Below are positions 20,608-28,243 of a stretch of DNA of 64,000 bases, piece by piece; the first letter of the stretch is position 1, and each line of letters opens with the position of its first letter. A model generated the notes under the pieces. It was given only the letters and a program-made list of their open reading frames with translations. It was not told the DNA's origin and ran no database searches. Both the position numbers and the translations under genes were made by a program. The stretch comes from an uncultured Candidatus Sumerlaeota bacterium (lineage in GTDB: Bacteria > Sumerlaeota > Sumerlaeia > UBA8349): positions 4,066,040 through 4,130,039 of the forward strand of contig OW818685.1 in NCBI GenBank assembly GCA_942493245.1. The letters are read 5' to 3'.

Positions 20608-21798
20608 TTATTGGGCTTCGGATTGGGTGTTGGGTTGGGTTTCGGTTTCGGGTTGGGGGGTGGGGGTCCAGAGTTGGGTGATGAGGGTGGGGAGGGTGGC
20701 GAGTTCTTCGGGGGAGATCTGGCGGTAGTGGCCTCCGAGGATGTCGGCGGGGGTGTGGCCCATGTAGGCTTTGACGAGGTCGCGGTCGGCTCCGGCCTGG
20801 GAGGTGGCGGTGGCGAAGGTGGCGCGGAGTTTTTTGGCGGGGATCTGGGCGAGTTGGGGTTTGTCGAGCGCGAGGGCGGCGGCTTTGAAGTAGCGGTTGG
20901 CTGCCTGGGAGAGGGTGTTGACTTTCCAGGGGCGTGCCCAGGAGGAAAGGAAGAGTTCGCCGGAGAGGGGGATAACTTTGCGGGTGTCTCGGGCGGTCTT
21001 GAGGGCGTCGAGGACGAATTGAGGCACCGGGAGGGTGCGGTAGGAGGTTTGATTTTTGGGGGTGTGGTGGGGGGTCTTGGTGACGGTGAGGGTGGATTTG
21101 TCGAAGTCGATGTCCTGTTCGCGGAGGGCGGCGGCTTCGAGTTGGCGGAGTCCGCAGGTGGCGGCGAGGAGTTGGAGGGGGTAGATGGTGTGGGCGTGGG
21201 GGTCGTCGCGGAGGTAGTCGAGGAGGGCGTGGGCGTCGTCGAGGGTGAGGCAGGTGATGTCGGGTCGGGGTCGGGAGCCGAGGGGGGTGCGCGGGAGGGG
21301 GTGAACGAGGTCGGGGTGGTCGTCGGCCATGAGGCGCCAGGCTTGGCGCACGACGGCAAGTCGGAGGCGGATGGTGTCGTAGGCGAGGTTTTGGGTTTGC
21401 ATGTCCTGGACGTAGTCGCGGAGCATGGAGGGTTTGAGTTGGTCGAAGGTTTGGATGGCGGGGTAGTGCTGGGTGAGGAAGGTGAGGAATTGGGTGGAGC
21501 GGTAGGCCATGTCTTTTCGGGCGGTGGGGCCGGTCTGGGAGAGTCGCATGGCCTGGGCGAGTGCGTCTTTGATGAGGGGGGCTTGGGGTTTTCCGGCGAG
21601 GTAGCCGCGTCCCTGGTAGATTTCGGTCTGGATGTGACGGGCAACTTTTTTCATGCCGTCTTCGGTGTCGTAGATGCGGCGGAGGACGTCTTTTCCGGTG
21701 AGGGGGTCGCGGTAGCGGAGTTCCCAGCGTTCGCGTCCGGCTGGGGAGGTGGCGAGTGTGGCGGTGATGATGCCGAGGTGGAGGCGTTTGATAAGCAT
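20608..21798 (-). CDS. int: Tyrosine recombinase (phage integrase)
   Basis: N-terminal WELRYRDPLTGK arm-binding-like; CGLR, PKN, KKLRATFAT, MGH...HY catalytic pattern; adjacent to att. Confidence 0.93.
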   Translation of the reverse strand: MLIKRLHLGIITATLATSPAGRERWELRYRDPLTGKDVLRRIYDTEDGMKKVARHIQTEIYQGRGYLAGKPQAPLIKDALAQAMRLSQTGPTARKDMAYRSTQFLTFLTQHYPAIQTFDQLKPSMLRDYVQDMQTQNLAYDTIRLRLAVVRQAWRLMADDHPDLVHPLPRTPLGSRPRPDITCLTLDDAHALLDYLRDDPHAHTIYPLQLLAATCGLRQLEAAALREQDIDFDKSTLTVTKTPHHTPKNQTSYRTLPVPQFVLDALKTARDTRKVIPLSGELFLSSWARPWKVNTLSQAANRYFKAAALALDKPQLAQIPAKKLRATFATATSQAGADRDLVKAYMGHTPADILGGHYRQISPEELATLPTLITQLWTPTPQPETETQPNTQSEAQ

Positions 21799-21846
21799 GG
21801 GGTCGGGTCCGTCTGGTTTTATTGTGGGGAGGGGGACCGGGGGGTG

Positions 21847-22218
21847 TCAAGTGTTTTTGATGCCGAGTTCGTCGAGGGAGAAGGCTCCGACTTTGGCGGG
21901 CGCGGGGGCGGTGGGGGGAATTTTGGGGGTGCGTTTGCGTCGGGGGCCGGGTTGGGGGTGGGGGTACACGGGCGAGACGCCCGTGCCACGTGAGGCACCA
22001 CTTTGGGGGGTGCTGGGGGGGTACACGGGCGAGAAGCCCGTGCCACTTTCGGCGTTGTCGAGGGCTTCGATGAGGTGTTGGCCCCAGAAGGCTTGTCGGA
22101 AGATTTTGCGGGGGGAGATGCGGGCGATGAACCGGTCGGCGTTGATGCCGAGTTGGGCAAGGATTTCGAGGAGGTCTTCGCGGGAGTAGAGGGTGTGGGG
22201 GTTGATGGTGATGGGCAT
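21847..22218 (-). CDS. Putative excisionase/HTH protein with REP-derived C-terminus
   Basis: Small basic protein (LYSREDLLEILAQLGI) directly upstream of int; contains two in-frame REP copies. Confidence 0.5.
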   Translation of the reverse strand: MPITINPHTLYSREDLLEILAQLGINADRFIARISPRKIFRQAFWGQHLIEALDNAESGTGFSPVYPPSTPQSGASRGTGVSPVYPHPQPGPRRKRTPKIPPTAPAPAKVGAFSLDELGIKNT

Positions 22219-22278
22219 GGGGGGAGGCCTCAATTGAGAATGGATAATGGATAATTGACAATGAACTGATGGGTGGTG

Positions 22279-22343
22279 CCGTTGCGTTGTTTTGTGTTGC
22301 GCAGCGTAGTTGCGTGGCGCGTCGCGTCGAGAAGCGCTGCGAG
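22279..22343 (-). ncRNA. Pentamer array D: 13 x NN-CRC units, candidate guide-like RNA
   Basis: + strand has G every 5 nt from 22284 to 22339; preceded (minus strand) by TGATTTTTC, ends AACGCAACGGCACCACCCA; RNA status is inferred. Confidence 0.55.
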
Positions 22344-22349
22344 GAAAAA

Positions 22350-22853
22350 TCAGTCGGTGATGGCTTTTTGGGTCATTTGGGCCGCGAGGGCGGACCAGTC
22401 GTTGTTTGCGGCGACTCGGGTTTCGAGTTTGCGCCGACTGCTTTCCTCGGTGAGGTGCGCGACGGCGCCCAGGAGGGCCAGGGTGGTGTTGTGCTGGATT
22501 TTGTCGGCGTTGTCGAGGTCGTCGTATTGGGCGCAGAGGATTTTGGCGATGCCGCGTCGGCAGGCGCGCCGGGTTTTTTTGATGGTGGCGTCTCCGGTTT
22601 TGAGGATGTCGCGGTTCTGGAGGCGCTTGTAGCCGATGGTGCGGACGCAGGCGAAGACGGCGCGATCCTCGCAGAGAACGGTGTGGAGGGCGGAGCGCAG
22701 GAGATGGGCGGCGTCGTGGCGGGTGTCGCGGTCGATGAGGCGTGAAAGTTCTTCGTGGGTGACGGTTTCTCCGGGCTGGGCCTGTCGAAGGCGGTCGGCC
22801 AGGATGAGGGTGAGGTGGGACTTTTCTGGGAGGGACTTGAGTTCGGGGGTCAT
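22350..22853 (-). CDS. Hypothetical winged-helix-like protein, partner of RAMP-like gene
   Basis: ATG 22853 with AAAGG upstream; ETVTHEELSRLI helix and VRTIGYKRL wing-like motif; 167 aa. Confidence 0.7.
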   Translation of the reverse strand: MTPELKSLPEKSHLTLILADRLRQAQPGETVTHEELSRLIDRDTRHDAAHLLRSALHTVLCEDRAVFACVRTIGYKRLQNRDILKTGDATIKKTRRACRRGIAKILCAQYDDLDNADKIQHNTTLALLGAVAHLTEESSRRKLETRVAANNDWSALAAQMTQKAITD

Positions 22854-22874
22854 GGTTTCAGCCTTTCTGGGGTG

Positions 22875-22934
22875 TCGTTGCGATGCGATGCGGGGCGAAG
22901 AGGCGCGAGGCCGGGCGCTGCGCTGCGACGCAGA
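22875..22934 (-). ncRNA. Pentamer array C: 12 x NN-CRC units
   Basis: + strand G at 22880,22885...22930; preceded by AGATTTTC; ends CGCAACGACACCCCA. Confidence 0.55.
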
Positions 22935-22979
22935 GGAAAATCTGGATCGCGCAAAGGCGCGAAGGCGCAAAGGAACGAA

Positions 22980-23059
22980 GTATTGCGTTGTGACGCGATG
23001 TGTAGATGTGCAGAGCGGGGCAGTGCGCAGCCATGTGGAGCGTAGCGGTGCGGTGTGGT
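22980..23059 (-). ncRNA. Pentamer array B: 16 x NN-(C)RC units
   Basis: + strand G at every 5th base 22980-23055; preceded by AGATTTC. Confidence 0.55.
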
Positions 23060-23095
23060 GAGAAATCTTTTGCATGGGCCTGTCCTTGGGTGTTG

Positions 23096-23160
23096 CCGTT
23101 GCGTTGAGGTGCGTTGCGAGGCGGCGCGGAGTAGTGCGCAGCGTTGTGGCGCGCGGTGGC
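23096..23160 (-). ncRNA. Pentamer array A: 13 x NN-CRC units directly after RAMP-like stop codon
   Basis: + strand G at 23101,23106...23156; preceded by TGATTTTTTC; ends AACGCAACGGCAACACCCA. Confidence 0.55.
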
Positions 23161-23167
23161 GAAAAAA

Positions 23168-23728
23168 TCATTCCCAGACGAGTTTCGAGACTTTAAAGCG
23201 TCCGTAGAATCCGCCGTTCTGGGGGCGGAAGCGGCCGATGCCCCGGAATTGGCCGGACTGCTCGAGGGTGTAGAGGAAAACGTCTTCGGTGATGGTGTCG
23301 TCGGTGACGTGGAAGGAGACGGTGCCGGACCATTTGTGGATGACGGGCATGCGGCGCATGACGCGCTTGCCGGAGCCTCGGAGGCCGTCGGCGTTGAGGA
23401 AGAGGTCTTCGAATTCGCAGTCGCGGGCTTTGATGGGCAGGACGAGGGGTTCGAGGACGAGAACGCCGGAGTTGAAGTTTTTGGTGTAGGTGGCTTTTCC
23501 TTTTCCGGGAACGGGCATGGAGAGATACTTGGCTCCATCCTGGACGCAGCGCATGAAGGCGGTGGGGGGGATGACGATGTGGCCTTCTTCGTTTGTGTGG
23601 AGGTGTCCCTGCCAGGTGCGTTTGTCGTAGGCGTCGGAGGATTCTTTTTCGATTTTCGGGGTGTTGTGAAAGCGGCTCTGGGAGTAGGGGGCGAGGCTTT
23701 CGAGCGTTGCTTGTGCGATGTGTGGCAT
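23168..23728 (-). CDS. Stand-alone RAMP/Cas7-like protein (186 aa)
   Basis: N-terminal strand ATLESLAPY, IPPTAFMRCVQDGA (cf. RAMP IPGSSLKG helix), C-terminal glycine-rich loop SGQFRGIGRFRPQNGGFYGRFKV; fold call by motif resemblance only. Confidence 0.65.
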   Translation of the reverse strand: MPHIAQATLESLAPYSQSRFHNTPKIEKESSDAYDKRTWQGHLHTNEEGHIVIPPTAFMRCVQDGAKYLSMPVPGKGKATYTKNFNSGVLVLEPLVLPIKARDCEFEDLFLNADGLRGSGKRVMRRMPVIHKWSGTVSFHVTDDTITEDVFLYTLEQSGQFRGIGRFRPQNGGFYGRFKVSKLVWE

Positions 23729-23761
23729 GGTGTGGGGATCCTTTCTGTGTGCGGTCGAGGC

Positions 23762-24787
23762 TCAGGCCTCGGGGGTTTGAACGCGGATGTTGAGTTTGAG
23801 GGCCGGGTGGCAGTTGCGGATGTAGTCGCCGTAGTTTTTCTGGACGAAGTCAACGGCAACGGGATCTTCTGTGGCGAGGTAGATGGTGCGTGGGGAGTCG
23901 AGGGTTTCGCCGAGGTACTCGAGGTTTTTGATCCAATTGATGTACTCGGTCTTTTTGATCAACTTGGCGAGGTGCGAGAGGGTGATGTTCCAGACGGAGG
24001 GGTTGTGGATGAGGTTTTCGGGGAGGGGTCCGGGGTAGTCGTCGTCTTCCTCGTCTTCCTCGATGTCGATTTCTTCGGGGTCTTGGGGTTCGGGTTCGAT
24101 GTCGAGGATTTGGGGCGCGGGGAGGGCGGCTGGTTGGTAGTCGAGGGTGAGCATGTCGGGGGTTTCGTCGTCGGGTTCGGAGGTTTCAGTGGGGGTTTCG
24201 GGGAGGTCGGTGTAGAGGGTGGTGTCGTTGTCGGGGGCGTCGAGGTTGGTGACGAGGGAGGCGAATCCGACGACGCGGGATCCGGGGGTTTTGGGGGTGT
24301 GAACTTCGGCGGTGAGGTGGGGCCAGTTGGGGTGTTCGCCGGTGGAGGCGTAGAGGGCGATTTCGAGGAAGTCGTGTTCGCGTCCAGTGGTGACGGCGAG
24401 TGCTTTGAGGAGGCGCTGGAGGATGGAAATGGAGGCGTTGAATTTTGCGATGGGCTTGGAGGTGGGGCGCAGGATGGAGAAGACGCCGGGGTAGGGTTCG
24501 GTGGATTCGGTGAAGTGGATGGCGACGGTGTTGGTGCGGATGACCAAGGTGTCGCCGTTGGCGATGAGTTGGGCGTCTCCGGCGCCGTCCACGGCGTGGA
24601 GGAATTCTTTGGCGTTGAGGAGGACGGGGGCGTCGGGGGATTCGAGTTGGGGTTCGTAGGTGGCGATGACGGCGATTTTGCCGTCGCATCCGCAGGCGCG
24701 GGCGTCTTCGATGTACACGTTCTGGATGCCGGGTCGGTCTTTGGAGGCGGCTTTGGCGGCGGCGATGATTTCGGGGGTGATGAGCAT
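23762..24787 (-). CDS. Hypothetical: beta-clamp-like N-terminus, acidic linker, DnaA-domain-I-like C-terminus
   Basis: ASKDRPGIQNVYIE...ACGCDG; EEDEEDDD; WIKNL...IYLATEDPVAVDFVQKNYGDYI. Confidence 0.6.
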   Translation of the reverse strand: MLITPEIIAAAKAASKDRPGIQNVYIEDARACGCDGKIAVIATYEPQLESPDAPVLLNAKEFLHAVDGAGDAQLIANGDTLVIRTNTVAIHFTESTEPYPGVFSILRPTSKPIAKFNASISILQRLLKALAVTTGREHDFLEIALYASTGEHPNWPHLTAEVHTPKTPGSRVVGFASLVTNLDAPDNDTTLYTDLPETPTETSEPDDETPDMLTLDYQPAALPAPQILDIEPEPQDPEEIDIEEDEEDDDYPGPLPENLIHNPSVWNITLSHLAKLIKKTEYINWIKNLEYLGETLDSPRTIYLATEDPVAVDFVQKNYGDYIRNCHPALKLNIRVQTPEA

Positions 24788-24863
24788 TTTGAGGGATTTC
24801 CTTTCGGTGGGGTACGTTTTTTTCTCACGCTAAGGCGCGAAGGCGCAAAGAACTGCATAGGAC

Positions 24864-26477
24864 TTATGGGACGGATGGGACCGATGGGACGGGTTCGAGA
24901 GCCTGGCCTTTTTGGATGACGGTGACGGATTCCGATGGGGTGGCGTCGGGGTCGACGAGGGTGAGGATGAGTTGGAGGTTGAGTTCGTCGGCGATCTGAC
25001 GCAGGGTTTGGCGGTTGTCGGGGTCGAGGGATTCGCCGTTGTCGATGAGGACGAATCCGCAGGCGGGGGCGAGGGTGGCGGCGATGGCGACGCCGACTTT
25101 GATCTGCTCGGAGTTGCTGAGGCAGTGGAGGGGTTTACCGTTGATGGCGATGTGCTCGGGCTGGATTTCGAGGCCGGGAATGGGGAGGTTCGCGGCGGCG
25201 AGGAGTTGTTTGGGGAGGGTGTCGCGGAAGAGGGTGACGAGGCCGGTGTAGAGGTCGCTGAGGCGCTTGGCTTCGGTGTGGGCGGCGTGGGCGCGGTCGT
25301 AGGCGTCCTGGGCGCGGCGGTTGTTGAGGTCGCGTTCGGTCTGGTCGAGTTGGGCGGCGAGAGAGGGGAGATCCACGGGCGAGACGCCCGTGCCACTTTG
25401 GGCAGCGTCGGCTTTGAGGGCGTCGAGTTCGGCTTGCTGGGCGTCGCGCTGTTCGTGGGTCTGGAGGAGGAGCCGGATGTCGTTGAGGGAGGTCTGGGCC
25501 TGGGCGCGGTTGTTGATGGCTTCGGTGTGGAGGCGCTGGATTCTGTCGAGTTCGTTGCGGAGTCGGTCTATCTCGATGGTGAGGGTCTGGAGGGAGGCAA
25601 TGGTGGTGTCGAGGTGGGACTGGAGTTCGTCGCGGGTGTAGGGGGGCTTGGTTTCGGCGATCTGGCGTTCGAGGGTTTCGATGCGGGCGGCTCGGGCGGC
25701 GTTGGCGTTGGCGTTTGTGTCGGCCTGGGCCTTGGCGGCGTAGTAGTCGTTGCGGGCGAGGGAGAGGAAGCGTTCGAGGTCGTCGAGGGGGATGTCGGGG
25801 GGCGCGGCGGTGGGGGGTGGGGTGTTTTCGAGGGTGAGGCGGGCCTGTTGGGCGGCGGCGTTTTTCTCCTGGCGGGCGTCGTAGATGAGGTCGTGGAGTT
25901 CTCGGCAGACTTCGATGGCGTGCTGGTCGAGGTTGACGCGGGAGAGGTCTTCGCCCAGGGCGGAGACGACCTGAATGTGATCGGGTCCGAGATCGGCGAC
26001 GGCTTGTTCGATTTCGGCTCGGGTGACAACGAGGGGGAGCGCCTCGATGAGCATGGAGCGCTGTTTGCGCAGGCGGTCCTTGAGGCCGCGCGAGTCTCCA
26101 CCGCCGAGTTTGGCGAAACCAATGGGGTCGAAGGTGATGGCGTTGACGATGGCCCGGAGTACGTCTTTGGCCTTGGCGACGGGGAATCCGTTGGCGTCGG
26201 TGACCATGAGGGTTTCGCTGCCGTTGGCGTGGGCGCGGCGGACGATGTAGTTGGAGAGGTTGAGGATGATTTCGGCGGAGTCTTCTCCGTTGCGGACGAG
26301 TTCGGGGTCGAGTCCCTGGAAGCAGGCGCGGATGGAGTCGAAGGAGGCTGTTTTGCCTTGTCCGTTGGCTCCGGCGATGGTGTGCTCGCGCTGGTCAAAA
26401 TTGATATGGATCTGGCGCAGGGATTTGATGTTGCTGGCCTGGAGGCTGAGGAGGCGGGTGGGGGTGGTGGTGGGCAT
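24864..26477 (-). CDS. SMC/Rad50-like AAA ATPase with coiled coil
   Basis: GANGQGKT Walker A, LSNSEQ signature, VLIDNGESLD Walker B/D-loop. Confidence 0.85.
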   Translation of the reverse strand: MPTTTPTRLLSLQASNIKSLRQIHINFDQREHTIAGANGQGKTASFDSIRACFQGLDPELVRNGEDSAEIILNLSNYIVRRAHANGSETLMVTDANGFPVAKAKDVLRAIVNAITFDPIGFAKLGGGDSRGLKDRLRKQRSMLIEALPLVVTRAEIEQAVADLGPDHIQVVSALGEDLSRVNLDQHAIEVCRELHDLIYDARQEKNAAAQQARLTLENTPPPTAAPPDIPLDDLERFLSLARNDYYAAKAQADTNANANAARAARIETLERQIAETKPPYTRDELQSHLDTTIASLQTLTIEIDRLRNELDRIQRLHTEAINNRAQAQTSLNDIRLLLQTHEQRDAQQAELDALKADAAQSGTGVSPVDLPSLAAQLDQTERDLNNRRAQDAYDRAHAAHTEAKRLSDLYTGLVTLFRDTLPKQLLAAANLPIPGLEIQPEHIAINGKPLHCLSNSEQIKVGVAIAATLAPACGFVLIDNGESLDPDNRQTLRQIADELNLQLILTLVDPDATPSESVTVIQKGQALEPVPSVPSVP

Positions 26478-26599
26478 TTTGGGGGCCTTTCTGGGAACCG
26501 ATTTTGTTTCACGCGAAGGCGCGAAGACGCAAAGGACTGCAAACTGCAACCGATTAACCGCATGGAACCACGGAAAACCGAGGAATACACGGAAACCGA

Positions 26600-27241
26600 T
26601 CAGCAGCGTTTGTTGCCGTGGTGGTGGGGCCGGAGGGTGTTGTAGTGGAGTTTGAGGTCGATGAGTTCGTCGAGGTGGTAGGCGCGGTTGTTGAGCCAGA
26701 GGGCGATGAGGGCGATAAAAAGGGACGGATTGATTTTGGATACTTCACAACAGACGAGAATCGAAGTCATGTCGAAGATGAAATCGGGAAACAATTGGCG
26801 TTCGTTAAAAAGGATGGACTTGACCTGTCTGAGGGAGTGGTCGAACTGTCCACAGTAGTCGAACATTCGCATGGCGGCGTCGGCGAGTTCGATGGGGATG
26901 CCCTGGAGTTTGTAGCCGTCGGCGACTTGCTTTTCGACTTCGGGTCGGATGTCTTCGGGGCTGTGGAGGCAGCAGAGTTCGGTCTCAATTTCGGGGTTGT
27001 ACCAGTAGATTTCGTAGATGGCGTAGCGAGCCCAGGGGGAGGTGTCGGGGTCGTTTTCGCGCACGGTGGCGAGGCGTCGGCGGTAGATTTCGAGGGCTTC
27101 GGCGAGTTCGGTGGCGATGAGGGCAAGGTGGGCTTTGGCGCTGAGGGGCTGGTCGTGCCAACCTTTGGCGGTGGCGGCGTCGTGGCAGCGTTGGGTGTAG
27201 ATGGCGAGGGTTTCGGGGGTGAGGAATTCGCGGAGGTTCAT
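26600..27241 (-). CDS. MazG-like nucleotide pyrophosphohydrolase
   Basis: LALIATELAEALE, GIPIELADAAMRMFD, KLHYNTLRPHHHGNK. Confidence 0.75.
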   Translation of the reverse strand: MNLREFLTPETLAIYTQRCHDAATAKGWHDQPLSAKAHLALIATELAEALEIYRRRLATVRENDPDTSPWARYAIYEIYWYNPEIETELCCLHSPEDIRPEVEKQVADGYKLQGIPIELADAAMRMFDYCGQFDHSLRQVKSILFNERQLFPDFIFDMTSILVCCEVSKINPSLFIALIALWLNNRAYHLDELIDLKLHYNTLRPHHHGNKRC

Positions 27242-27300
27242 GGGGTTGATTTCCTTTCATTTTTTTTCTCACGCGGAGGCGCGGAGACGCGGAGAACTGC

Positions 27301-28185
27301 TTAGTAGGGGATTTTGGGGACGGTGCCTGTCTGCATCAATAAGCCGTAGAGGGTGAGGATTTTCTGGTCTCGGGTGAGTTGTGGGTGTTGGAGGATCTGG
27401 TCGATTTCCTGGGCGAGTTCGTCGCGGCGGAAGGGGCCGGTGGTGTAGTTGTGGGTGAGGAGGGCGACGAGTTCGCGCTGGATGCGGACGTCGTTGGCGC
27501 AGTAGTCGAGGATGAGGTCGTACTGGCCGTCGAGCCAGAGGGCGTACACCATCGAGCCGTCTATTTCGCGTTCGGGGGACATGCCGGAGGGCGCGCCTTT
27601 TTTGAGGCCGAGGCCGGTGCGGGCGAGGGCGTCTTTGAGGCTGATGAAGGGGGAGCCGTTGCTGGGGAAGTTGGTCATGGTGTCGTAGGTGCGGCCGGTG
27701 AGGCGTCCGCGGTGGTAGGCGGGGAAGTGGCGGGGTGGGCGGACGCGGTAGCGGGCGAAGGCGAAGAGGAGGAAGGGGAGGTCGAATCCGTCGGAGTTGT
27801 GGCCGCACCAGACGAGTTCAGGGGTGGAGAAGGTTTCGCACCAGGCGGCGAATTCCTGGAGTCCGTCGTCGAGGGGCTGGCGCATGAGGTCGATGCGGGT
27901 GACGCCGTCGGCGTTGTCGGTGGCGGCGCAGATGCAGGCGATGTTGCCTCGGGTGGGGTCGAGGGCGGTTTTGGAGAGGGCTTCGGTGAAGCGGGCTTCC
28001 TTGGCTTCGGAGGTGTGCCAGGCTTCTTTGAGGGCGACGCGGGTGTTGGAGAGGGGTTCTTTGGTGTAGGCGTCGGTGCGGATCTGTTCGATCTGCTGGG
28101 GGTCGGTGGTGGGGAGGGTTTCGATGTCGAGGGTGAGGGCGCGGGGGGCGGTGGTGTGGGCGGAGGGGATGACGAGGAATGGCAT
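27301..28185 (-). CDS. DEDD-family 3'-5' exonuclease (PolB-exo/DnaQ-like)
   Basis: LDIET (ExoI), GHNSDGFDLPFL (ExoII), YCANDV (ExoIII). Confidence 0.85.
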   Translation of the reverse strand: MPFLVIPSAHTTAPRALTLDIETLPTTDPQQIEQIRTDAYTKEPLSNTRVALKEAWHTSEAKEARFTEALSKTALDPTRGNIACICAATDNADGVTRIDLMRQPLDDGLQEFAAWCETFSTPELVWCGHNSDGFDLPFLLFAFARYRVRPPRHFPAYHRGRLTGRTYDTMTNFPSNGSPFISLKDALARTGLGLKKGAPSGMSPEREIDGSMVYALWLDGQYDLILDYCANDVRIQRELVALLTHNYTTGPFRRDELAQEIDQILQHPQLTRDQKILTLYGLLMQTGTVPKIPY

Positions 28186-28243
28186 GGTGTGGGTTTCCTT
28201 TCTTTTTTGAACCACGGAAAACACGGAATACACGGAAACTGCG

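Noticed and set aside
22350-23171. ORF track N-terminal extension that would make arrays A-C coding (ATGA overlap with RAMP stop)
   Set aside because: Period-5 structure has no protein-level logic, array D lies after a stop, and ATG 22853 has its own SD; not fully excluded without ribosome profiling
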